Source: Candidatus Eiseniibacteriota bacterium (GTDB lineage: Bacteria; Eisenbacteria; RBG-16-71-46; SZUA-252). Taken from it: DNA of 64,000 bases. The position numbers were made by a program, and so were the translations under genes. This document shows positions 52,165 through 63,848 of the stretch, piece by piece; position 1 is the stretch's first letter; each line of letters begins with the position of its first letter. The notes under the pieces are model-generated. The model made no database searches. It saw nothing but the letters and a program-made list of their open reading frames with translations, and was not told the origin of the DNA. Location of the stretch: NCBI GenBank assembly GCA_963740415.1, contig CAVUEC010000013.1, positions 335,878 through 399,877 on the forward strand, in the 5' to 3' direction.

Positions 52165-52532
52165 CGCGCGGAGTCTCCGCCGGCGGAGTACCGGTAGAGG
52201 AGCTCGTCCTTCTTCACGAGATGAAAGCGCTCGCGCGCGACGCGCTCTTCCAGCAGCGGGTCGTTGGCCTGCTGCTTCCGGCGCGTCTCGAGGTCGTTCA
52301 CGCGAACGGCCAGGTCCACCTTCTGGCGGCGCAGGGTCTCGTTCTCTTTCCGAAGAGCGGTGATTCTCAGCAGTCCCGTGTCGCTCAGGACGAACGTGTA
52401 CGCCAGGTAGGCCACAACCACCCCGACGCCCGCGAGGAGGAGCCGGTGCTTCTTCCCGCCTTCCGCCGGGCGGCGGCGCAGAAAACGCTGTTCGGGCGGC
52501 TTCTTTGGACTTTGATACGGCGATCGCATCAT
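52161..52532 (-). CDS. ftsB: septum formation initiator FtsB/DivIC family
   Basis: Short cytoplasmic tail, one TM (LLLAGVGVVVAYLAYTFVL), coiled coil (LRKENETLRRQKVDLAVRVNDLE), ...HLVKKDELLYRY. Confidence 0.7.
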   Translation of the reverse strand: MMRSPYQSPKKPPEQRFLRRRPAEGGKKHRLLLAGVGVVVAYLAYTFVLSDTGLLRITALRKENETLRRQKVDLAVRVNDLETRRKQQANDPLLEERVARERFHLVKKDELLYRYSAGGDSAR

Positions 52533-52557
52533 GACTCCCCCACCTCCCCCGGCCGCG

Positions 52558-54625
<2,068 letters not shown>

Positions 54626-54629
<4 letters not shown>

Positions 54630-55264
54630 AGACAAACCGGACATGCGAGGCCTGCGAGCGGGAGCTGAGCGCCTATGTGGACGGCGCCCTGTCCGCGGCG
54701 GATTTGCGCGCCGTCGACTCGCACCTCGAGACCTGCGCCGGTTGCCGGCTTCGACTCGCCGAGTACCGCGAGGTGGCGGCCGCGCTCGCCGGGCTTCCCG
54801 AGATCAAAGCACCCTTGTGGCTCGAGAGCCGCGTGCTCGAGACCGTGGCCGCGCGGGCGGAGCGCGGGCGGTTCTGGTCCCGCGGATTCGCCCTGGCGGG
54901 AGCGCTTTCCTTCGCCCTGGGCATCGGGCTCATCGCGTACGCCCCGCGTATCGCGCGGACGTTCCATCTTCCCGACCCCGCGACGTGGCCCTGGCTCCTG
55001 TGCCAGACGGTGATCAACGCGGTCGTGTCGGTTACCAAGCGGCTGGCCGTCGACGTGACGTTCTACCAGCCCATCGCGAAGCAACTCTTGTTGGCCGTCT
55101 CGGCGCTGGGAGCTCTTCCACGAGCCGCGCTGCTCACGATGCGCACGACGGAAGCGCAGGTGGTGGTGGCCGTCGCGTTCACACTGGGGGTCGCGCTCTA
55201 CTTCACGCTGCGGCCTTCCCGCACCCATCAAGGAGGTGTCGGCCATGCGTGCCTCTCTTTGTAA
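54626..55264 (+). CDS. anti-sigma factor, zf-HC2 type, membrane-anchored
   Basis: GTGA overlap with the sigma gene; CEACERE...H...CAGC putative zinc finger; C-terminal TM segments. Confidence 0.7.
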
Positions 55265-56666
55265 GACATGGGCGCGGACTGCGCCGATTGCGATTGGGGC
55301 GCTGATGCTCCTCATGCTTGGGACCTTCCTGGCCCTCTCGGCGGGGAGAGCGGCCGGTCAGACCAAGTCGTCGACCGGCACGACGCCGCCCGATACGACG
55401 AGCGACGGGGGGTTCCGGGTGCGCGTGGTCGAGGAGGGCGGAACGTCGTCCACCAGCGCCGCGGATCAGGAGCGGATCCGCCGGAAGGTGGAGCGCGAGA
55501 TCAAAGAGGCGGAGCGGAAGCAGGCCAAGCTCGACAAGCTCGACAAGCCCGATACGCCGGAGCCTCCCGAGCCGCCGGATCTGGAGCTCAAATACGACAA
55601 CAGCGACAACAATCTCGTCCGGTTCGGGGAGGACATCACGATCCCCGAGGGCAAGGTGATCGACGGAGACGTGGTCGCGATCGGCGGATCGGTGACCGTG
55701 CTCGGCCGCGTGAAGGGCGACTGCGTGTCCGTGGGCGGAGCCGTCCACGTCAAAGGGAAGGGAGTCGTCGAGGGCGACGCCGTCTCGATGGGCGGGGGCG
55801 TCACGACCAGCGACTCCGGCTCGGTCGCGGGGAGCAACGTCTCCCTGGGCAACATTCCGTCGGCGAACAGCGAGCACTTCTGGCCGACCGTCGGCCTCTT
55901 TGGAGCCGTCGGAACCGGGATCTGGCTCCTCAAGTGCATCGTCCAGCTTTTGCTCACGCTGTTCTTCGCGTGGCTTGCGCTGCTCCTCATGCGGGAGCGG
56001 ATGCTTCTCGCGGTCCAGACAATGACGGATCGGTTTGGGAAGTCGTTCCTGTGGGGTCTTCTGGGATGGGCCGCCATGGTCATCGCGGTCCCCACCGGAA
56101 TCATCATGCTGATCCTGGTCAGCGTCATCGCGATCGTGATCCTCGCGATCACGATCATCGGGATTCCGCTCGCGATCCTGCTCGCGATCGCCCTGGTCCT
56201 GGGCATCATCGCGATCTGCGTGGGGTCGATGGTGGCGATCTTCATCGGATTCCTGAACGGCGCGATGTTCCTGGGCCAGCGGATTCTCGGCCGGGACACG
56301 CCGCGCGCGGGGAAGCCGATCGTCGCTATCCTGGTGGGCATGGCGCTGCTCTTCGTGCTGAGTTTCGTGGGCCATCTGCTCCAGCTGGTCGGCATGCTGG
56401 TCTTCCACCCGATCGCGATCGCGCTGGGAATCGCTTCGGGGGCCTTGGCCGCGATCGTGACGACGGCGGGATTCGGCGCGATGATCCTCACGCGGTTCGG
56501 AATCGGGGCCCGCATCTCGTGGTCCGGCGGATCTCAGTGGTGGCCGCCTTCGAGGCGCGCGCGCCCGGTGCAGGAAGCGCCCGCATCCGAGACGCCGCCT
56601 TCAGCCGCCGCGCCGCCCCCTTCCTCCACGGCGCCGCCGCCCGACGGCACGTCAGACGCGCCGTAG
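55245..56666 (+). CDS. membrane protein with an N-terminal bactofilin-like (polymer-forming, DUF583-type) beta-helical repeat region and a polytopic C-terminal half; Pro/Ala/Ser-rich tail
   Basis: VIDGDVVAIGGSVTVLGRVKGDCVSVGGAVHVKGKGVVEGDAVSMGGGVTT repeats; then >6 hydrophobic helices. Confidence 0.5.
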   Translation: MRASLCKTWARTAPIAIGALMLLMLGTFLALSAGRAAGQTKSSTGTTPPDTTSDGGFRVRVVEEGGTSSTSAADQERIRRKVEREIKEAERKQAKLDKLDKPDTPEPPEPPDLELKYDNSDNNLVRFGEDITIPEGKVIDGDVVAIGGSVTVLGRVKGDCVSVGGAVHVKGKGVVEGDAVSMGGGVTTSDSGSVAGSNVSLGNIPSANSEHFWPTVGLFGAVGTGIWLLKCIVQLLLTLFFAWLALLLMRERMLLAVQTMTDRFGKSFLWGLLGWAAMVIAVPTGIIMLILVSVIAIVILAITIIGIPLAILLAIALVLGIIAICVGSMVAIFIGFLNGAMFLGQRILGRDTPRAGKPIVAILVGMALLFVLSFVGHLLQLVGMLVFHPIAIALGIASGALAAIVTTAGFGAMILTRFGIGARISWSGGSQWWPPSRRARPVQEAPASETPPSAAAPPPSSTAPPPDGTSDAP

Positions 56667-56686
56667 CGGGCGAAGCCTAGAACTCC

Positions 56687-57367
56687 CTACCGATCGAGCG
56701 GTGCTCCGGCGGACTCAAGGTCCGCCGGGGTGAACCGCTCGCTTCGTTCGAGGGCGGTTCGTTCTCCCAGTCCCGACAGATTGACCGCGAGCCCCAGCAG
56801 GTAGCTGGGAAGCCCGCGCTCCCGGCCCGGCGATTCGCCCGCGAGCCAGCTCTCGATCTCTCCCAGGTCCTCGACCTCGACCGGCCGGATCGTGATCCGC
56901 ACCGAGACGTAATAGGTCCCCGTCGAATCGAGCGCGGTCTCCGCGGCGACCGGGATCCGGTGCGCGGTGAAGAGAAGCGTCCGCAGGGAATCCAGATCGG
57001 CCGCGACCCGGCTCCTCGGCGGATTCACGCCGGATCGGACGCGGAACGACTTGGCCCACTCGTCGTAGACCACCTTGTGTTCGCTCTTCATCGCCACCAC
57101 GAGCTTGTCGAACCACAGGCTGCGGTGTTTCCAGAGGCCCACCTCGAAACTGACGGTCGCCGGCATGCCCTGCATCAGGACTTCCTCGAGCTGCGGGGTC
57201 AGCGGCCGGTCGGCCCGGTAGCTCACGCAGATCGCCCCCGCGAGGCGCTCCATCGGCCCCACCGAGAGGAGCATGTCGTTCCCGGCCCGCGCGGGCGGAG
57301 GCGCGGCGGCGAGATACGTCGCAGCGACCAAAACGAGGAGCGCGCCCAAGGCGCGACGGGCGGCCAT
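56687..57367 (-). CDS. DUF4390-domain secreted protein
   Basis: Signal peptide MAARRALGALLVLVAATYLAAA; TVSFEVGLWKHR motif typical of DUF4390; last gene of the two-component operon. Confidence 0.5.
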   Translation of the reverse strand: MAARRALGALLVLVAATYLAAAPPPARAGNDMLLSVGPMERLAGAICVSYRADRPLTPQLEEVLMQGMPATVSFEVGLWKHRSLWFDKLVVAMKSEHKVVYDEWAKSFRVRSGVNPPRSRVAADLDSLRTLLFTAHRIPVAAETALDSTGTYYVSVRITIRPVEVEDLGEIESWLAGESPGRERGLPSYLLGLAVNLSGLGERTALERSERFTPADLESAGAPLDR

Positions 57368-57374
57368 CGGCTTC

Positions 57375-58707
57375 CTAGAAAGACCCGCCGAGGCGAACCC
57401 CGACCAGGAACGGGGCGTGGGAGTCCTGGAGGTTGTGGGCGACGGTGATGGCCGCGGGCCCGGGGCCGAGCCGGATGCCGGCGCCGCCGTCGAGCGCGAA
57501 ATGCTGGCCGTCGATCGCGCCGCGGCCGAACCACGCCGCGCCCCAGTCGAGGAATCCGAACACCCACACGTTCTTCCTCGCGAGCAGGTAGTACTCGGCG
57601 TTCGCGAGGAGGAACTGGTCGCCGTCGTACTTCTTGTACTCGTGCCCGCGCAGCGTTCCGATTCCGCCGACGTGCCATTGCTTTTGTAACGGGAGATCCC
57701 CGTCCACCGTGCTCCCGCCGATCACCCGCGCGCGGGCTTCCTGCTTCGGCGAGAGGCGCGCCTTCCACCGGCCCTCGCCGCGAACGCGGCCGTATTCGAA
57801 GTCGCCGTCGATGGGCGATCCCGCGCGCTCGTAGACGAGGAGCGCGTTCGAGCCGCCGTCGGATGGGATCGTCTCGGGGCCCACCCGCGCGCTCGCCGAG
57901 ACGACGCCGTCCCGGCCCTCGGCGATCGCGGGATTGTCCCGGAAGTGATCCTTGTTCCCGAAGACCGAGAAGGTCACCTCGGTCTGGAGCGAGCGCACGT
58001 CCTCGATCGACCCGCCCGCGCGGAGCGCGAAATCGCTGCCCGGCTCCCATTGCGCGAAGGCGTTCCATCCCTCCGCTTCGTAGTGGTCGCGATAGTCGGT
58101 CCGGGCGAAGAGGGCAAAGAGGGTGTTTTCGGTCTCGCCCACGATCCATCCGTCTTCGGTCGCCGTTCGGCGGTAGACAGCGCCGCCCACCCGGAAGCGC
58201 GACGGATCGCCGATCGGCGCCTCGGCGCCCACGTCGTAGAGGAAGCGCTCGCGCGAGAACGCGTATCCGGCCTTGGCGTAGAGGAGCGGCCGGGGCTCGC
58301 GCTCGCTCTTCACCGCCGCCCCCAGGAGCACCGCCGGTCCGTCGACGCGGTTGTAGCGGGCGTTGACGAGCGGCTCCACGCGCGCTGCTTCCGGAAGTCC
58401 CGACTGACAGGGTCTCCCATTCCGCGGGGCGAAACGGCGCGGGCGGGGGCGCTACGGCAAGGGTGTCGGGGGGCGGAGGCGCGGGGAGCGTGTCGGCCGG
58501 CGAAGGCGCCGCGCCGAGGCTGTCCGCGGGCGGAGGCGCTATGGCGACGCTGTCCGCCGGCGCGGACCACGCGGCGCTTGGAGAAAGGGCGACGCCCACG
58601 ACGAGCGCCGCCAAGAGCGCGGCCGCGAGCGCTGCCAAGAACGCGGCCGCGAACGGGGCGAGGCTTAGCCTCGCGCTAGGAGCCGGCGGTCTCGCGAGCC
58701 AGCCCAT
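57375..58707 (-). CDS. outer-membrane beta-barrel protein with N-terminal signal peptide and Pro/Ala-rich repeat linker; one frame change near 58380
   Basis: N-terminus MGWLARPP...FAAAFLAALAAALL, repeats APPPADSLGAAPSPADTLPAPPPPDTLAVAPPPAP (ORF 57223..58707 frame), then ...VEPLVNARYNRVDG...; alternating beta-strand pattern and C-terminal ...GVRLGGSF (terminal Phe). Confidence 0.5.
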
Positions 58708-60040
58708 ACCGCTTGATCTTCCGGTGGAGATAGCCGCGATCCATGCCGAGCCGCCTCGACGCCTCCGTCACGTTCCACTGGCACTGCTTGAGCGTCGTTA
58801 GAATGGTGTCGCGCTCGGCCTTCTCGCGCGCCACCTTGATCTCGCTGGGTGGTCCGTCGTCCGCGTTCGCGGGGAGCACCGCCTCTACCTCATCCAGGTC
58901 CACGGTCTCGCCATCGGTCATGATCAGGATTCGCTCGATCAAATTGCGAAGCTCGCGGATGTTGCCGGGCCATCCGTATGAGGAAAGCCGCTCGAGCCCC
59001 TCCTTGCTGAACGCGCGCGGAGGGCGTCCGTGCTCGGCGGAGAGTCGCGCCGCGAAATGCGCCGCCAGGAGCGGAATGTCCTCGCGCCGCTGGCGAAGCG
59101 CCGGCAGGTGGATCGGGACGACGTTCAGCCGGTAAAAGAGATCTTCGCGGAAGCGGCCGGCCTGAATCTCCGCGGCCAGGTCCTTGTTCGTCGCGGCGAC
59201 GATCCTCGTGTCCACCGAGATCGTGCGCGTCGCGCCGAGCCGCTCGATCTCCCCCGTCTCGATCGCGCGCAGAAACTTGGCCTGGGTCTCGAGGCTCATG
59301 TCGCCGACCTCGTCGAGGAAGAGCGTGCCGCCGTCGGCCAGCTCCAGCCGTCCGCGTTTCATCTGGGTCGCACCCGTGAACGCGCCCTTCTCGTACCCAA
59401 AGAGCTCGCTCTCGACCAGGTCCTTGGGAAGCGCGGCGCAATTCAGCTTCTCGAACGGGCCGCGGGCCCGCTGGCTCCCCTTGTGGATGGCGCGGGCCGC
59501 CAGCTCCTTGCCGGTTCCGCTCTCGCCCGTGATCAGCACCTTGGCGTCGGTGCGCGCCACCTTCGCGATCTCGGCGCGAACCTGGTCCAGTCCGGCGCTC
59601 TTCCCGACCATCTCGTCCATGCCGCCGGCCAGGGCGCGGAGCCGCTCGTTCTCGCGCTGGAGCGCGCGGATCTCGAGCGCGCGCTCCACGGTGACCTGGA
59701 GCCGGTCCGGCCCGAACGGCTTCTCGATGAAATCGGCCGCCCCGAGGCGGATCGCCTTCACCGCTTCCTCGATGGATCCGTGGCCGGACATCATGACGAC
59801 GGGAAGATCGGGGTGCAGCGCCTTGGCGTGCTCCAGGAGCGCGAGCCCGTCTTTCCCGGGGAGCTTGAGGTCGGTGAGGAGAAGGTCCACTTTCTGCTGC
59901 GCGAGGAGGCGCTCGGCTTCCTCGGCGTTCGGCGCCGTGAGAGGGTCGTAGTGCCGCTTCAACGCGGCCGCGGTCTCGAGGAGGACCGAGGGCTCGTCGT
60001 CGACGATCAGGACGCGGATCCTGGCGCCGCCCTGGCTCAC
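58676..60040 (-). CDS. sigma-54-dependent response regulator (NtrC family: REC + AAA+ + Fis-type HTH)
   Basis: IRVLIVDDEPS...TDLKLPG (receiver); ESGTGKE; GAFTGA; ...LNVVPIHLPALRQRREDI; C-terminal HTH ...NVTEASRRLGMDRGYLHRKIKRYGL. Confidence 0.85.
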   Translation of the reverse strand: MSQGGARIRVLIVDDEPSVLLETAAALKRHYDPLTAPNAEEAERLLAQQKVDLLLTDLKLPGKDGLALLEHAKALHPDLPVVMMSGHGSIEEAVKAIRLGAADFIEKPFGPDRLQVTVERALEIRALQRENERLRALAGGMDEMVGKSAGLDQVRAEIAKVARTDAKVLITGESGTGKELAARAIHKGSQRARGPFEKLNCAALPKDLVESELFGYEKGAFTGATQMKRGRLELADGGTLFLDEVGDMSLETQAKFLRAIETGEIERLGATRTISVDTRIVAATNKDLAAEIQAGRFREDLFYRLNVVPIHLPALRQRREDIPLLAAHFAARLSAEHGRPPRAFSKEGLERLSSYGWPGNIRELRNLIERILIMTDGETVDLDEVEAVLPANADDGPPSEIKVAREKAERDTILTTLKQCQWNVTEASRRLGMDRGYLHRKIKRYGLARETAGS

Positions 60041-61557
60041 GACGCCGCCTTCGCGGAGTCGGCGGACGGCAGCGTGAGCCACGCGCGGGTTCCCACGCCG
60101 GGGCTCGACTCGATGCCGAACCGGCCGCCGTGCTGCTCGACAATGCGCTGGACCAGGGTCAGGCCCAGACCGCTCCCGGTCGACTTGGTCGTGAACCCCG
60201 GATGGGTCGCGCGCTCCAGGGTGGCCGCGTCCATCCCCGGTCCGTTGTCCTCGACCTCGAGCGTGACGCCCTCCATGTCGCCGTCCGGCGAGCGATGGAC
60301 GCGCAGCGTGACCGCGCCCCGGTCGCCCATCATCTCCACTGAATTCTTGATCAGATTCACGAGCACCCGCTGGATTTGACCCGCATCGGCCCAGGCTAAG
60401 GGAACGGGTCGCTCCACCTCAACGCGGAATTCCACTCGAGACGATCCCGAGTAGAGCCGGGCCGCGTCCTCGGCGAGCGCGGCCAGGTCGCATTCCTGAA
60501 AGCGCGGCTCCGGAAGCTGCGCCACCGCGGAGAACGCGGTCGCGAATTCCTGGAGCGAATGCACCTCGCGGAGGATCGCCTCGGCGTTCTCGGCCACCAC
60601 CTCCGCGCGCGGCGCCCCGGGACCCCGCGCTTCGTCCTTGAGGCGCTGGAGGGCGAATTGAATCGGCGTGAGCGGGTTTCGAATCTCGTGGGCCACGGCG
60701 CGCGCCACCTCGCGCCACGCCGCGAGCCGCTCCGCGCGAAGGAGCGCGCGGCGGGAGGTTTGAAGCTCCTCGACCATGCGGTTGAACGAGGCGGCGAGGT
60801 AGCGGACCTCGCTCGTGCCGGAGGGCTTGACCCGGTGCGTGAGATCTCCCTGCGACGCGAGGGCCATGCCCGCGCGGAGCGCCACGATCGGCTGCGCGAT
60901 TCCGCGGGCGACGAAGTAGGCAAGGCCGAAACAGACGGCGCCGAGCACCAGGCTCCAGAGCACCGCGAAGATCCAGAGGCTCCGCTGCGAGAGCCACGTG
61001 TAGACGCCGAGGCGCCGGTACATCGAGAGGTTCTTCTGGAGCGTCACGATCTCGGTGGAGATCTCCGGATCGAGCTGATAGCCGGCGAGGATCACGCGCG
61101 TGGAGTCGAGCGAGGCCACGCCGCTCACCTGCCTGGGCGCGTCGTCGCCCGACACCAGTCCTCCATGCTCCAGCGCCTCGAGGAGCGAGGAGCGCTCGGG
61201 CTGGGGGAGGGTGATGCGCGGGCCCAGTCGGGCGCCGAAGATCCGCTCCGCGGCGTCGGGGCTAATTCGATAGAGGGCGATGTAGTCGAGCCCGCGGCTT
61301 CGCGCCTCGTCCCTTAAGTGCCGCTCCAGCTCCGCGCTCCGCTCGGGAGCCATGAGGCGGACCGTCGCGGCATCGAGGGCCATCACCTCCGCGTGCTGCC
61401 TCGCGTCGCTCGCCAGCCGCTCGATGCCGCCCCGGATGACCTCGAGCGATTGGCCGAGGGCGCGCTCGGTTTCCGGATTCTTCAGTGCGGCCAGGCTCCG
61501 CGCGAGGTACTGGGTGACGATGAAGGTGAGCCCGACGGACGGAACCAGGGCCACCAC
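60037..61557 (-). CDS. sensor histidine kinase (HAMP, HisKA, HATPase_c); true start possibly further upstream
   Basis: TM helix, HAMP (...ALRAGMALASQGDLTHRVK), H-box ARAVAHEIRNPLTPI, N/G boxes VNLIKNSVE...DNGPGM...GSGLGLTLV. The upstream in-frame stretch (GGPFGTLRGRLLALFF) lacks a canonical start. Confidence 0.85.
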   Translation of the reverse strand: MVALVPSVGLTFIVTQYLARSLAALKNPETERALGQSLEVIRGGIERLASDARQHAEVMALDAATVRLMAPERSAELERHLRDEARSRGLDYIALYRISPDAAERIFGARLGPRITLPQPERSSLLEALEHGGLVSGDDAPRQVSGVASLDSTRVILAGYQLDPEISTEIVTLQKNLSMYRRLGVYTWLSQRSLWIFAVLWSLVLGAVCFGLAYFVARGIAQPIVALRAGMALASQGDLTHRVKPSGTSEVRYLAASFNRMVEELQTSRRALLRAERLAAWREVARAVAHEIRNPLTPIQFALQRLKDEARGPGAPRAEVVAENAEAILREVHSLQEFATAFSAVAQLPEPRFQECDLAALAEDAARLYSGSSRVEFRVEVERPVPLAWADAGQIQRVLVNLIKNSVEMMGDRGAVTLRVHRSPDGDMEGVTLEVEDNGPGMDAATLERATHPGFTTKSTGSGLGLTLVQRIVEQHGGRFGIESSPGVGTRAWLTLPSADSAKAAS

Positions 61558-61621
61558 GAAGAAGAGCGCCAGGAGCCGCCCGCGCAGGGTGCCGAACGGG
61601 CCGCCCCGGCGATCCGCGCGG

Positions 61622-62728
61622 CTAACGGGAGCCGCCTTCGACCTCGCCCGCGAGTTGCCCGCACGCCGCGCCGATCTCCACGCCCTGGCTGTAGCGCACG
61701 GTGACCGCCGTGACGCGCGGCGCCAGGTAATCGACGAAGCGTTGAATCCTCTCGGGCGATGGCCTCTTGAATCGTCCCGGGCCGATCGGGTTGTAGGGGA
61801 TGAGATTGATGCGGCACGGTAGCTGGCCCACCAGGCGGACCAGCTTGGCCGCGTCGCGCACGGTGTCGTTGATCTCCTCGATCAGGATGTACTCGAACGT
61901 GACCCGCTGCTTGACCGTCGCGATGTGATGCTCCACGGCGCGGATCAAGGGCTCGAGCGGGAAGCGGCGGTTCACGGGCATGAGCTTCGAGCGCAGCTCG
62001 TCGGTGGCCGCGTGGAGCGAGATCGCGAGCCGGTACTTGCGGCGCTCCTCGGCGAGGCGAAGAATCTGCGGCACCAATCCGACCGTGGAAATCGTGATCC
62101 GCTTGGACGGGACGGCCATGCCCTTGGGGTCGGTCATTCGCCCGAGCGCGGCCATGACCGCGTCGTAGTTCTCGAGCGGCTCTCCCATGCCCATCATCAC
62201 CACGTTGAAATCCCGGAACGCGGGGGGCAGTTCCCGGCGAAGGCGCATCACCTGGTCCAGGATCTCCGCGGCGGAGAGGTTCCGGCCGCGCCCCATTCGG
62301 CCCGTGGCGCAAAATCGGCAAGCGAAACCGCAGCCGTGCTGCGACGAAAGGCAGAACGTGACCCGGCGCGCCGTGGACATGTAGACCGACTCGACCAGCC
62401 CTCCACCGGGGATCGCGAAGGCGATCTTCCGCGTCTTTCGGTCCGGTGTTTCCTTTCGGGCCTGCTCCACCAGCGACCCAACTCGGAACTCCTCGGCCAT
62501 CCTGGCGCGGAGCGGCTGGGGGAGGTTGGTCATCGCTGAAAAGTCGGAAACGCCCCGCGGATAGATCCATTCGGTGACCTGGGTACCCCGAAAGGCCTTC
62601 TCTCCCATGGCCATGAGGGCTCGCACGATGTCGTCGAGGTTCAAGTCCAGGAGGTCGACCCGCGGGTCGGGCGGGGTCAGATGACGGCCATTTTGTGGCC
62701 TGATAACGGTTTCCGTCTTTACATCCAT
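61622..62728 (-). CDS. rlmN: 23S rRNA (adenine2503-C2)/tRNA methyltransferase RlmN (radical SAM)
   Basis: CGFACRFCATG radical-SAM Cys triad; ...MGMGEPLEN; 368 aa. Confidence 0.9.
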   Translation of the reverse strand: MDVKTETVIRPQNGRHLTPPDPRVDLLDLNLDDIVRALMAMGEKAFRGTQVTEWIYPRGVSDFSAMTNLPQPLRARMAEEFRVGSLVEQARKETPDRKTRKIAFAIPGGGLVESVYMSTARRVTFCLSSQHGCGFACRFCATGRMGRGRNLSAAEILDQVMRLRRELPPAFRDFNVVMMGMGEPLENYDAVMAALGRMTDPKGMAVPSKRITISTVGLVPQILRLAEERRKYRLAISLHAATDELRSKLMPVNRRFPLEPLIRAVEHHIATVKQRVTFEYILIEEINDTVRDAAKLVRLVGQLPCRINLIPYNPIGPGRFKRPSPERIQRFVDYLAPRVTAVTVRYSQGVEIGAACGQLAGEVEGGSR

Positions 62729-63794
62729 GACCTCATATGGTACGTTTCATGAGATTGTCGAGTCAACACATAGGGGGAATTACGCCGCCATTCGCGCCTT
62801 CTCCGGGGGGCGAGCCGTCCTAACGTCCACGGAGTCCACAGTACGGATCGGTGCCGTCGATATCGGCACCAACTCGGTCCGGCTCCTTGTTGCCGACGTC
62901 GATGAGCGCGAGCGCCTCCGCACCGCCCACCGCATGGGGGAGATTTCTCGCCTCGGCGAGGGGCTCGACCGGACGGGCGCCATCGATCCCGCCGCCGCCG
63001 CGCGCACCCTCGAATGCCTCGAACGCTTCGTCCACGAGGCGGAATACAGCGGCGCCAGCCAGATCCGGGTCGCCGGTACCAACGCCTTCCGGGTTGCTTC
63101 CAACGGCCGCGAGGTCGCTGAATCCTTCGCGGAGCGGATCGGCTATCCCGTCGAAATCCTCTCCGGCGAAGAAGAGGCGCGGCTCGTTTTCCTCGCCGTT
63201 CTGAGCGGTCTCGGCGCGGCCCGCGGCCCCTCGGTCGTGGTCGACATCGGGGGCGGAAGCACCGAGATCATCAGCGGCGAAGGAGAAGAGGGGACCCAGG
63301 TCATCAGCCTCGAGCTTGGCTGCGTCCGGCTGACCGAGCGGCTGGTCCCCAGCGACCCGCCCTCGGCGGACGAGCTGGAAGCGGTCCGGCGCCATGTCCT
63401 CGACGTGTTCGAAGAAAAGCTGGGCTCCTTCAAGCTGAACGGCGTCGAGCGGGCGATCGGGGTCGGCGGAACGGTCACCGCCTTCGGCGCCCTGGACCTG
63501 GGCCTCGCCAAGTACGACCCCTCGCGGATCGAGAATCATCACCTGACGAGGGAACACATCTCAAATATTGGCAAGCAGTTGTGCTCAATCCCCCTCTCCC
63601 AGAGGCGGGATCTCGCGGGGGTCAGCCGGGGTCGCGCTGACATCATCCCGGCCGGCGCCATCATCCTCTGCGAGTTCGTGGATCGGTTCGCTGTGAACGG
63701 AGTCTACGTGTCCACGCGCGGGCTCCGTTACGGCCTGGTCCTGAGCGAGGCCCGCAAGTCGGCCCGCTCCTCCGGGCAGCCCGCCCGGGCGTAA
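62727..63794 (+). CDS. ppx: Ppx/GppA-family phosphatase (exopolyphosphatase / pppGpp phosphohydrolase); true start may be internal
   Basis: IGAVDIGTNSVRLLVADV (ASKHA phosphate-1 motif); VVVDIGGGSTEI; divergent from rlmN with start codons overlapping. Confidence 0.8.
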   Translation: MTSYGTFHEIVESTHRGNYAAIRAFSGGRAVLTSTESTVRIGAVDIGTNSVRLLVADVDERERLRTAHRMGEISRLGEGLDRTGAIDPAAAARTLECLERFVHEAEYSGASQIRVAGTNAFRVASNGREVAESFAERIGYPVEILSGEEEARLVFLAVLSGLGAARGPSVVVDIGGGSTEIISGEGEEGTQVISLELGCVRLTERLVPSDPPSADELEAVRRHVLDVFEEKLGSFKLNGVERAIGVGGTVTAFGALDLGLAKYDPSRIENHHLTREHISNIGKQLCSIPLSQRRDLAGVSRGRADIIPAGAIILCEFVDRFAVNGVYVSTRGLRYGLVLSEARKSARSSGQPARA

Positions 63795-63819
63795 GAAACG
63801 CCTTTCTAGGACAAATCCC

Positions 63820-63848
63820 TTGACGGGGTCATAGGTCGAAGCTATGAT
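63820..63848 (+). promoter_or_regulatory. near-consensus sigma70 promoter (-35 TTGACG, 17-nt spacer, -10 TATGAT); no ORF in the following ~150 nt before the window ends
   Basis: cccTTGACGgggtcataggtcgaagcTATGATtagtag. Confidence 0.45.
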
